A stretch of DNA of 27,475 bases from an uncultured archaeon (GTDB lineage Archaea > Asgardarchaeota > Lokiarchaeia > Sigyniarchaeales > SOKP01), in the NCBI GenBank assembly GCA_964447495.1, contig CAYUTF010000040.1, forward strand, positions 1 through 27,475, read 5' to 3'. The position numbers and the translations under genes were made by a program. The notes below the pieces were generated by a model that was not told the origin of the DNA, searched no databases, and was given only the letters and a program-made list of their open reading frames with translations. Every line of letters starts with the position of its first letter. Positions within the stretch are counted from its first letter, which is position 1. Shown in pieces: positions 8,518-17,444 of this stretch.

Positions 8518-9615
8518 TTGAAAGCAATGCCGCCGATGAGAATTAATAATTGGCTTAGATATCTCAGAAATTTTACTTTAAACAAATTCACAGATAAAAA
8601 GAAACCCTATTCAGCTCAAATTGAAGTAACCTTAAAATGTAACGCATCTTGTCCTTTTTGTTCAATACCAAACCTCCCTTCTTCTTTCAAGTCAAATGAA
8701 ATGAGTACAGAACAGATTAAATATTTAATTGACGAACTTGCCCAATTAGGAGTCAATGCACTCTCATTCACTGGAGGGGAACCAACACTGCGTAATGATT
8801 TGCCTGAACTTATCTATCATGCTGGAGTGAAGCATGATTTAATAAATGGCATTGCGACTAATGGTTATTTAATGCCAAAATTATTTCGAGAGAATGGTCG
8901 ATTAGAGGGATTGGATTACATCTTACTCTCTTTAGATTACCCTAACGCAACAATGCATAACAAAAAACGTGGTCTAAATGTATTTGACAAAGTCCTTAAA
9001 ACTATTAATTATGCAAATAATCGAGACGTTAAAGTAATTATTAGTACAGTTGTAATGAAAGATAATCTTCATTTACTTGAAGAAATGTGCAATTTAGCCG
9101 AAAGAAATAATTGTTCAATCGAATTATATCCCTGCGAAAACATTATACGAGATTTCCATGATAAACAATACAGCATAGAAGATATTGACGATTTAATCCC
9201 TTCAATACCCATCTGGGCTAATATGATTCGGGCTTTAAGGAGGCAATATAAAAATATTTTAACTGATCCTCTCAGTCTTCAAATTATTGAGAAAGGAGGT
9301 TTTGGGGGATTTCCGAATTATAATCAGGAAATCCTCCGTTGTCATGTTGCTCAATCTTATCTCTTCATAAGAAATGATGGATTTATTGATTTTCCTTGTA
9401 AAATCCATCCTATGGTGAGCATTGATGGATTTAAATATCCAATATCAAAGATCTATGATTTTTATGAGGTAAGGAAGATTTTAAAAAAGCATGATGATTT
9501 TGATTTTTGTAAAGACTGTAGACTTGGATGTGCTATTGCCTCATCTATGCCTGCTAGATGGAAAACTCTTGCATCAAAATATATTCAAGGGTACCTAAAT
9601 GGAAATCTTAAATAA
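8518..9615 (+). CDS. Radical SAM protein with a C-terminal SPASM/twitch-like Cys domain
   Basis: CNASCPFC (CxxxCxxC), FTGGEPTLR, ATNG, LSLD; C-terminal C..., PCKIH, CKDCRLGC. The start could be ATG at 8527 or 8536. Confidence 0.9.
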   Translation: MKAMPPMRINNWLRYLRNFTLNKFTDKKKPYSAQIEVTLKCNASCPFCSIPNLPSSFKSNEMSTEQIKYLIDELAQLGVNALSFTGGEPTLRNDLPELIYHAGVKHDLINGIATNGYLMPKLFRENGRLEGLDYILLSLDYPNATMHNKKRGLNVFDKVLKTINYANNRDVKVIISTVVMKDNLHLLEEMCNLAERNNCSIELYPCENIIRDFHDKQYSIEDIDDLIPSIPIWANMIRALRRQYKNILTDPLSLQIIEKGGFGGFPNYNQEILRCHVAQSYLFIRNDGFIDFPCKIHPMVSIDGFKYPISKIYDFYEVRKILKKHDDFDFCKDCRLGCAIASSMPARWKTLASKYIQGYLNGNLK

Positions 9616-9789
9616 ACCTATGAAATGCGAATCATTCATTTATTTTGATTTTCATTATCCTTTTTCGAATTATTTAAGACCTTTTTATCCATGAATATAT
9701 ACAAAGGATATAACAAAATTTAATTGAAATGATATTTTAATTAATTTGGTGATCAAACTATAACAAATGAAGCAATAATACTTCAAATT

Positions 9790-10296
9790 ATGTTTATAAC
9801 TCTTGGAATGGTATCTTTAGGCTTAATCTTAAATAAAATTTTAGGTATAAATCCTGATGTAGCGAAACATATTCAAGAAGAAGCAAAAAATCTTCAGGAT
9901 CGAATGCGAACGGCTCAGACGCTCGGAGACTTTCAAATGATGCGAAATTTACAGCAAGAATCGATGCAATTAACAAAGCAGATGATGACTAAGCAATTTT
10001 TCCCTCAATGTTTGAGATTAATTCTTTTTTTGATTATTTATGCTATTATTGGGTTTGTTTATGCAGAATATAATACAGGACTTCTACCTTTTAAAATATT
10101 CAATAACGATGGCTGGTTTTCAGTTTATCTTATATTTTCAATTGCATTCTCTTTACTGTATTCACTAATTAAGAGAATTTATAAATATAAGAAAGAATAT
10201 GATGATGAATGGAAGTTAAATCAAATGGGACTAATTAAATTATATACTAGTAAGATTGATATTAATGAAACTCCTTTAAAAGTTGATATATCTTAA
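9790..10296 (+). CDS. DUF106 / EMC3-TMCO1 (Oxa1 superfamily)-like membrane protein
   Basis: TM, then a Q/M-rich coiled coil (LQQESMQLTKQMMTKQFFP), then TM, LLPF, and GWFSVYLIFSIAFS (GW-x-x-x-Y motif typical of DUF106). Confidence 0.7.
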   Translation: MFITLGMVSLGLILNKILGINPDVAKHIQEEAKNLQDRMRTAQTLGDFQMMRNLQQESMQLTKQMMTKQFFPQCLRLILFLIIYAIIGFVYAEYNTGLLPFKIFNNDGWFSVYLIFSIAFSLLYSLIKRIYKYKKEYDDEWKLNQMGLIKLYTSKIDINETPLKVDIS

Positions 10297-10332
10297 AATT
10301 ATACACATATAAAATAATCTTTCGATATAAAT

Positions 10333-10647
10333 ATGAAAAAACAATATATTTATCTTATCATATCCGTTGTGTTATTGGTAATTAGCCTAATATTTCTTCC
10401 GATTCTTGGCGAACTTTTATTCTTTCCCTTTATTTATATCTTTCAATATTCATGTCGTTCTTCCAATCGAGAACGACAAAATCAACAACAAACTCAACAG
10501 ATTTCGCAAAACCATGCGGAACTTCTCTCGAATATTCAAGAAAAAGAATATGTTAATAAACAAGAAAAAACATGCAATATTTGTGGAAATAAAATAGCCG
10601 AAAAAAACCTTAGATTTTGTACATTTTGTGGAGCAAAATTAAATTAG
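10333..10647 (+). CDS. Membrane-anchored protein with a C-terminal zinc ribbon
   Basis: Hydrophobic N-terminus, Q-rich linker, CNICG...FCTFCGAKL. Confidence 0.75.
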   Translation: MKKQYIYLIISVVLLVISLIFLPILGELLFFPFIYIFQYSCRSSNRERQNQQQTQQISQNHAELLSNIQEKEYVNKQEKTCNICGNKIAEKNLRFCTFCGAKLN

Positions 10648-10652
10648 TTTAG

Positions 10653-11138
10653 GTGATGATGATGGAGAATCACAATATTAAGAGACAAATGGCGCTTTAT
10701 TTTATTTTTGCTGTATGTATGATTCTTTTAAATTATGGCATTCAAAAAGCAAATCAAATTATATTCTCGCCTTTTATTTGTAATAATTGGGGTTCTATTG
10801 AATTAATCCAAGCACTTTATTGCTCCACCAGCCCATTCAATATGTCTGAATTGATGGGATCTCTCCTAGCTGTGGGTATTACTTATATAATAAAATTCTT
10901 TTTAGATAAATACGTCGTTTTCAAAAAAAAAGGCTCCAATTTAAAAGATACATCAAAAGAATTTGCTAAATATTTTCTATTTGCGATTTTAACAACAATA
11001 GAAAACATAGGGATTCAATTTCTCCTGACAAATTTTTTGCACTCTCCTTTAGAACTAAGTTTTGTTATAGCTCTTTCAATTGGATACATAACTAAGTTCT
11101 TCTTGGATAAAAAATATGTTTTTAATAGATACTATTAA
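10653..11138 (+). CDS. GtrA-like membrane protein (putative lipid-linked sugar translocase family)
   Basis: Four hydrophobic segments with an internal duplication ending KFFLDKYVVF / KFFLDKKYVF, and FAKYFLFA. The start is probably ATG 10662 after AGGTGA. Confidence 0.7.
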   Translation: MMMMENHNIKRQMALYFIFAVCMILLNYGIQKANQIIFSPFICNNWGSIELIQALYCSTSPFNMSELMGSLLAVGITYIIKFFLDKYVVFKKKGSNLKDTSKEFAKYFLFAILTTIENIGIQFLLTNFLHSPLELSFVIALSIGYITKFFLDKKYVFNRYY

Positions 11139-11248
11139 TACAAATTTTCCTTGAGTAGCTTTTTTTATTGTTAGAGCACTTATTATTTAGCATTTTGATT
11201 TTATTTTAAGTAGTAAAATTTAATAGAATTAAAAGCGTCTTTAATATT

Positions 11249-12460
11249 ATGTCTGAAGAACATGGTAATCGTAAAGAGCAAGACGAATCAATAACAGACG
11301 CACTTAGCACTCTCGGTTGGATCGAAGAATCCGACGAAGAAGAGGTTCCCGTCGATGAGGAGGAAAATCTCTCAGAGCAGTTGAATTTCTTTATTGAACA
11401 AAATAAAGAATTAAATAATGAAATCCTCAACTTGAAAAAACAACTTGATACCCTTGTTAGTGAAAATGAAAATAATATTCATGAAAAAGAGAAACTCCAA
11501 TCACTAACAGAAAAAAATAATGATACTATTGAAAATCTCCTTCAAAGTATTGTACAAAAAGATGATTTAGTTAAAGATCTCGAGCAAGAAATTGAAATTT
11601 TCTCACAAAAAGCTCAGGATGGCGAATTACAAATTCAAAATATTTCTCAACTAGAAAAGTCGATTACTACTAAAAATCAAGAGAATGAAGACTTAAGTTT
11701 ACAAATTCAAGAAAAAGAGACGATGATTCAAAGTCAATTAAAGGAGATTGAAAAACTTAATGAAGTTATAGAAAATTTAAAAGTAAACCAAGATGCAAAT
11801 AAAGAAATACTTGATCAACTCCAGCAAAAAGAAGAAAAGGTAAAAGAGTTATTAACTCAAATAGAATATCTTGAAAAAGATACCATTCAAAAATCAAAAT
11901 TCGAAAAATTACAGCTATTAGTTGATAAAAAAGATGAGATCTTAACAGAAAAGGAAAAAAACATATTTGAATTGCAAAATACTAATGAAAAATCCAATCA
12001 AAAAATTAAAGAATTACAATCCCAATTAGAAACATTTAGTCTAATGAAAAAAGATATCAATAAAAAAGAAGATCGAATAAATGAACTAGTTTTAGAAATA
12101 GAAAAACTCACTCAAAAAAATAACACCAATGAAGAATTTCTCAAACGAATGGAAGAGAAATTAGAAGAATCGCAACAAAAGTCAGGAAATATAACGGGAA
12201 AGTTTGAATTAGAATTGGCTAATCTCCGTAATATTAATCAAGATAAAAGCAATGAAATTCAAGAATTAGTTGCTTCACAGAAAAAATTAAAAGATAAAAT
12301 ATATGAAGCAGAACAAATCGAAGACAGAATCCTAACAGAAATGCAAAGAATTAAAGATGATAAGCTGAAATTAGATTCCGAAATCGAGAAAAAGGATGAG
12401 GAAATAATAGATTTAAAAAAGAAAATTAAACTCTTAAGAAGAGATCTCAAAAAATCTTAA
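11249..12460 (+). CDS. Long coiled-coil protein with an acidic N-terminal head
   Basis: About 360 aa of E/K/Q/L-rich heptad sequence lacking Pro after the head; recurring I-x-x-K-[DE]-x-x-I-x-[DE]-L units. Confidence 0.8.
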   Translation: MSEEHGNRKEQDESITDALSTLGWIEESDEEEVPVDEEENLSEQLNFFIEQNKELNNEILNLKKQLDTLVSENENNIHEKEKLQSLTEKNNDTIENLLQSIVQKDDLVKDLEQEIEIFSQKAQDGELQIQNISQLEKSITTKNQENEDLSLQIQEKETMIQSQLKEIEKLNEVIENLKVNQDANKEILDQLQQKEEKVKELLTQIEYLEKDTIQKSKFEKLQLLVDKKDEILTEKEKNIFELQNTNEKSNQKIKELQSQLETFSLMKKDINKKEDRINELVLEIEKLTQKNNTNEEFLKRMEEKLEESQQKSGNITGKFELELANLRNINQDKSNEIQELVASQKKLKDKIYEAEQIEDRILTEMQRIKDDKLKLDSEIEKKDEEIIDLKKKIKLLRRDLKKS

Positions 12461-12534
12461 AGTAATTATTCTATAATATATTTAGAGTGTTATTTTAAAA
12501 AAATATAAAAAATAAATGTAATTTTCAATTTATA

Positions 12535-13548
12535 TTACTTCTCTCTCCACTCTAATCCGCATTCACCACAGCGGTATTTTTTACCATAAAGCCTAGGATA
12601 GTCCATTATGATATTTCCCTTGTCAATACTTTCGTGGATGAGAGCCTTGTTTTCGTTGCCACATTGTGGACATTTTCTTCTACCTTCACCCTTCTCTATT
12701 GTTAAAAGATCATCTTTAGATCCCGGGATACCCGGTGCGGCACCCGAAGCACTTGCAACTTTTACCTCGTTAATATCTGCTTTAATATCTTCAGGAGTCA
12801 CTTCTTTTACTTTAGTTTTTAATTCTAGCTGAATAGATGCTGCAGCTATATCCGCTTCGGTTTCTGGCTCTAAGCTAGATTCTGCTCTTAATTGGACTGC
12901 ATCTGATTCTTTATAATACTCTCCTTTTTCTAAAGCACTTAAAAAGTCCGCATCGTCTCCCTCCTCAAATATAACTTCATTTTGCGATCCAGCTCGTTCG
13001 CTATCGATTTGACGTGCCCACTGGCCTGATTTAACTTTTTCTTTTACATTACACGCATTTCCTTGCCATACATAGACTTTATTTCCTAGATCTAACACAA
13101 AACAATCTTCAGTGTCTAATTCATCTTTATTATAGGGTACTTGCACCATTTTCATAGCATTTATACCCTCAAACTCTTCAGAAGATACTCTATATAATAC
13201 ATTTACGTGTTCAGAAAATTGAGCGTAATCTCCTGTAACTACATCTTTTAGCATTGTTTTTGCGACATTTTTCTCCACGACTTTCATTGCTCCCATAGTA
13301 TTTATTAATTTTAAAAAATCTGGCGTTTCTTGGTTTTGATCAACAGTAATGATTTTAGCAGCACCTCCTCTTTGTTGATCAAGTGTACGTGCTTGAGCTG
13401 CTCCTGCAGTTTTTTCATCGACACTACACTTATTTCCGATCCAAACATAGATTGTTTTATCGTCATCAACAAGATATACATCTCCAGTAGAAAAAATGGG
13501 ATTATTAATCTCATGCAGTTGGCCTTGATCGACCATAAAAATTTTCAT
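12535..13548 (-). CDS. Two-domain gelsolin-family actin regulator with a C-terminal zinc ribbon
   Basis: Domain 1 FSTGDVYLVD..IYVWIG..CSVDEKTAG; linker MLKDV; domain 2 LDTEDCFVLDLG.KVYVWQG..CNVKEK; C-terminal CPQC...CGEC. Confidence 0.9.
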   Translation of the reverse strand: MKIFMVDQGQLHEINNPIFSTGDVYLVDDDKTIYVWIGNKCSVDEKTAGAAQARTLDQQRGGAAKIITVDQNQETPDFLKLINTMGAMKVVEKNVAKTMLKDVVTGDYAQFSEHVNVLYRVSSEEFEGINAMKMVQVPYNKDELDTEDCFVLDLGNKVYVWQGNACNVKEKVKSGQWARQIDSERAGSQNEVIFEEGDDADFLSALEKGEYYKESDAVQLRAESSLEPETEADIAAASIQLELKTKVKEVTPEDIKADINEVKVASASGAAPGIPGSKDDLLTIEKGEGRRKCPQCGNENKALIHESIDKGNIIMDYPRLYGKKYRCGECGLEWREK

Positions 13549-13639
13549 ATTTAATCCTCAATTTTTTTTAAAAAGTTACAATGAATATAGGGTCAATATT
13601 TTTAAGTATTTATAAATAATATATGTGAAATATTATTAT

Positions 13640-15025
13640 TTACTTAAAATCCTTAAGGGCAAGAGTGATTCTTTTTATAAACTCTGGAATTAGATTGATA
13701 TCGATCGAACAATAGGCAATTCTGATGCCATTTATGTTCTCTTTTTGATTTTGAATTGGAATAACACCAACTTTGTAATGTTTTAGAAGATAATCTGCAA
13801 AATCATTTGCAGGAATGCTATCAGGATCTAGATTTAAGAAAACAAAAAACCCTCCCGCATTCGGATCGACTGAAACCTTCGGGTCATCGATAAGTTTTAA
13901 AAGATCATTAATCTTTTCAAACCGTATCCGCAAAATTTCAAGGACTCTTTTTCTATTTTCTAAAACTTTCTGAATATTATTATTTTCTAACAGTTTCTTA
14001 GCAATAGCTTGATAGAAATGATTACAATTCGATATTGTACTCCTATTAATGGCAGAGAGTTTATTATCAATCTCACTTTTCAATATTTCTAATTCTTGGT
14101 CATCTTTAACCCATTTTTTTTTTAAACCAATTGTTGCAAATCCAATTCTCCCTCCATACATCAGTAATTCTTTAGTAATTCCATCCAATTTGATAGGAAT
14201 GATATCTTCTTCTAATTGTTGAAGGTCATAAAAAATTGAACGTTGGCAGGCATCGTCTTTAAAGACATATGGTTCATAAGCATCATCAACGAGAACAACA
14301 ATCGGTACTTTTTTCTCTAAATATACATCTTTTAAACAATCAACTATTTCGCTCATTTCTTTTCTTGTTGGGATATACCCTGTGGGATTATTTGGAAAGC
14401 TTAGCATTATGACTAGTTTATTCTGCTTTTTAAGAACGGCGTACATCGCATTTTTAAAACCAGTTACATTAAATCTATTGTTAACAAAGAATTCGAAAGA
14501 GTGAATTTTAGCCCCTAACATTCTTGAAATTGTATTATCATAATTTCCCCATCTTTTATTTGGAAGAATAATATAATCTGTAGGATTAAGTACCATAGCA
14601 CAACTTAAAAATATCGCATTAGTGACTCCTGCAGTAATAATAGGCGTTGTGATATATTTTTCTAGCTTTGAGATTTCTTGATTTTGGGAAGTTGGATCAT
14701 ACAGTGATTTCTTAATAATCCAATTTTTCCAGCATTCTCTTAATTTTTGGATTCCGGGGATAGAAGCATAAGTTACTAAATCACTGATTTCAACATTTTG
14801 AAAATAGTCTTTAATATTTTCTAAATAACAAGGACTCCAGGCTGGAGAGCCCCCATTTATGAAATCTTTTTCATACGCATATGCTACTCCTATAGTTCCA
14901 ATTAATTCGGCTTCATTTTTTGCTCTCCCCGACCAATAGAATATTCCATCAGGTAAATAAATTCTTTTCCCTCTTTCTGAAAAAGCTTTATAAAGAGAAG
15001 TGCTACTTATTATCTTAAATTCCAT
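13640..15025 (-). CDS. PLP-dependent aminotransferase class I/II
   Basis: FPNNPTGY, VDDAY, DGITKELLMYGGRIGF (PLP lysine), GGFF, IRIAYCS. Confidence 0.9.
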   Translation of the reverse strand: MEFKIISSTSLYKAFSERGKRIYLPDGIFYWSGRAKNEAELIGTIGVAYAYEKDFINGGSPAWSPCYLENIKDYFQNVEISDLVTYASIPGIQKLRECWKNWIIKKSLYDPTSQNQEISKLEKYITTPIITAGVTNAIFLSCAMVLNPTDYIILPNKRWGNYDNTISRMLGAKIHSFEFFVNNRFNVTGFKNAMYAVLKKQNKLVIMLSFPNNPTGYIPTRKEMSEIVDCLKDVYLEKKVPIVVLVDDAYEPYVFKDDACQRSIFYDLQQLEEDIIPIKLDGITKELLMYGGRIGFATIGLKKKWVKDDQELEILKSEIDNKLSAINRSTISNCNHFYQAIAKKLLENNNIQKVLENRKRVLEILRIRFEKINDLLKLIDDPKVSVDPNAGGFFVFLNLDPDSIPANDFADYLLKHYKVGVIPIQNQKENINGIRIAYCSIDINLIPEFIKRITLALKDFK

Positions 15026-15107
15026 GATATATTGCTACTATATATGTTTCATACTAAAAAGTTTACATAAAATAAATATTTAAGCATCTAACTCTTAATA
15101 ACAAATT

Positions 15108-15707
15108 ATGAGCCAAGAAAATAATCTTAATAATGAATCCCAAGAGAGTAAAAGAGACAATCTTTTAATAAAAGGTTGGAAGGATTTTATGGCGGAAATT
15201 ACCGAAGGTTATAAAAAATTCCAAACTTTTTATGAAGAACAAGCTAAGAAAAATCAAGAATCATGGAATGAAAACAAGGACCGAATAGTCAAATTTTTTA
15301 ATGATTCAAAGAGGAATTGGGATAGCATGTTGGAAGATTGGGATTCTGAGTTAGAAAAAATGCAATTAGAAAACAAAGAACAATGGATTAATAATAAAGA
15401 GAAAATAGATCAATTTTTTCAAGATTCGAAGAAAAATTGGGATACAAAATTAACAGAATGGACAACAGAAATTAAAAGAAGACAATCTGAAACGACAGCT
15501 CAATGGGAGGCACGAAAGCAAAAAGTAAGTGAAGATATCAAAACATGGCAAGAAAAGACAAAAAATAACTGGGAAAAAGGGTTAAAAGCTTGGCGCAGAG
15601 AAATGATCAAGGGTTCTTATATGTTTCTTGTATATATGATTCCAATCTTAGTTGTCTTAATAGTAATTGTATGGTTATTAAATTGGGCTATGAATGCCTT
15701 TTCATAA
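15108..15707 (+). CDS. Trp-periodic amphipathic helical repeat protein with a C-terminal transmembrane anchor
   Basis: Tandem 40-aa repeats (WNENKDRIVKFFNDSKRNWD / WINNKEKIDQFFQDSKKNWD); hydrophobic C-terminus MFLVYMIPILVVLIVIVWLL. Confidence 0.75.
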   Translation: MSQENNLNNESQESKRDNLLIKGWKDFMAEITEGYKKFQTFYEEQAKKNQESWNENKDRIVKFFNDSKRNWDSMLEDWDSELEKMQLENKEQWINNKEKIDQFFQDSKKNWDTKLTEWTTEIKRRQSETTAQWEARKQKVSEDIKTWQEKTKNNWEKGLKAWRREMIKGSYMFLVYMIPILVVLIVIVWLLNWAMNAFS

Positions 15708-15738
15708 AGTTTTTCTGACGCAACTTATTTAGATTATC

Positions 15739-16398
15739 ATGTTAGAGATTTTTATATTCTCTTTTTTAATCGCCCTCACAGGAGCATTATCTCCAGGACC
15801 ACTCCTTACTTATACGATATATAAATCTTTTAAAGAAAAAAGAGGTTATTTGGCAGGAATTTATATACTTTTAGGTCATGCTACTATTGAATTGGCACTA
15901 ATATTAATTTTACTTACAGGTGCCTCAATTTTCTTCCAGAATTTGATTATTTTAACGATAATTGGGATAGTAGGGGGTTCTTTCTTAGTACTTTTCGGTA
16001 TATTATCAATAAAAGGTGCTTTAAGCAAAACAAATGATCTTGATTTTACTAAACCACAAAATAATTATAATAGATTTAAAGGCAATAGCTATATAGGTGG
16101 TATTCTCGTCACTTTATCAAATCCTTTCTGGGAATTTTGGTGGGCTGTTGTGGGATTAGGGTTTATGGTCAATTTCAATATTAGTTTTGAAAATTTTACA
16201 GGTTTGATTTTATTTTTTATAGGACATGAGTTAGGAGATATTGTATGGTATCTTCCAATATCATTATTTGTCCATTTTGGAGGAAGATCATTAAACATTG
16301 AAGTATATAAGTATGTTTTATTAATTTGCAGCGCTTTTATGATTATCTTTGGCATTTATCTAACAATAAATATAATCTTTTTCCCTCCAATTATGTGA
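15739..16398 (+). CDS. LysE family translocator
   Basis: GALSPGP, GH..IE, G..VTLSNPFW..WW, and about 6 TM segments. Confidence 0.9.
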   Translation: MLEIFIFSFLIALTGALSPGPLLTYTIYKSFKEKRGYLAGIYILLGHATIELALILILLTGASIFFQNLIILTIIGIVGGSFLVLFGILSIKGALSKTNDLDFTKPQNNYNRFKGNSYIGGILVTLSNPFWEFWWAVVGLGFMVNFNISFENFTGLILFFIGHELGDIVWYLPISLFVHFGGRSLNIEVYKYVLLICSAFMIIFGIYLTINIIFFPPIM

Positions 16399-16555
16399 AT
16401 ATTACCACGTTCAATTTGAAAATTAGTAACAAAAAGATCCATCGATATAATATATGAATATTATTAATCAATATCAAGGATTTTAACATTTTTATTATGT
16501 GAAAAGAAAATAAGTATCTAGATATTGAAAATATAACTCACTAAATTTATGGATT

Positions 16556-17422
16556 ATGAAAGATAAGGAAATGATTAATTGCCCAGTTTGTGCCACTAAA
16601 TTTATTCCTAGAATATTTTATCCTGAGGAAGTTATTTTCTCTACTTCTGATGGGAAAAAGCTATCAGGATTCAGCGGGTATATCGGTAGCAAGGGGGTAA
16701 AACCACAAGAAGTAATCTTAAGCACATGGAAAACATATTGTCCAAATTGTAATTACATACTTAATTTTGTAAAGGAAATTGTGAGAAAAGAGAAACTACA
16801 CATTCAAAAAACATCTCCTAAGGATATATCAAGTAAATATAATAGTTATTATTTCGGGTTTCCATTCGGTGATTATACGCAATACTTAAAAGAGATAACA
16901 AAAAAGATGGAAGAAGGAATCGAGTCAATTTTAAAAGAATTAGATATAGAAACCTGGGAAAATCTTTACATAATAGACGATAGTTTTAAATTCTTGGTAA
17001 AATTCTATGCCAGTTTAGAAAATTACTGTGATACTAAGCTCGGGATGAAGGATGAAAAGGATATCATTGCTAAAGTGAGAAAATTAAAACTTTCTGAGGA
17101 ACTTGAAAATAATCTTTTAGACTTAAATATTATTAAGGATAAACTAATTACAGGCGATTATGAGCTTTCTTCAGGAGAAGAATCTAAAATTCGAACTGTC
17201 TTAGTGGAGTTTGTTCTTTTTTTACTTAAGAAACATCTCGAATCATTAATTAATACAAAACAATTACTTGAGGGTTATGAATTTCTTAATCGCAGTGATC
17301 TTGAATCAGAAATAAAAAGTTATATCAGCCAATATCTTTATTCTACTTTTAATAGTGATCCTAAATCTAAAAAACACATTAATGCTTTTATAGAAAATAT
17401 GTTTGAAGAAGCACACACTTAA
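16556..17422 (+). CDS. Hypothetical protein: N-terminal zinc ribbon plus a helical C-terminal domain
   Basis: CPVC ... CPNC pair at the N-terminus; 288-aa ORF with ATG start. Confidence 0.7.
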   Translation: MKDKEMINCPVCATKFIPRIFYPEEVIFSTSDGKKLSGFSGYIGSKGVKPQEVILSTWKTYCPNCNYILNFVKEIVRKEKLHIQKTSPKDISSKYNSYYFGFPFGDYTQYLKEITKKMEEGIESILKELDIETWENLYIIDDSFKFLVKFYASLENYCDTKLGMKDEKDIIAKVRKLKLSEELENNLLDLNIIKDKLITGDYELSSGEESKIRTVLVEFVLFLLKKHLESLINTKQLLEGYEFLNRSDLESEIKSYISQYLYSTFNSDPKSKKHINAFIENMFEEAHT

Positions 17423-17444
17423 AGTTATAATAATGAGATTTTAC

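Noticed and set aside
11249-12460. SMC/Rad50 or tropomyosin orthology
   Set aside because: No Walker motifs, hinge or zinc hook; generic coiled-coil similarity cannot establish orthology.
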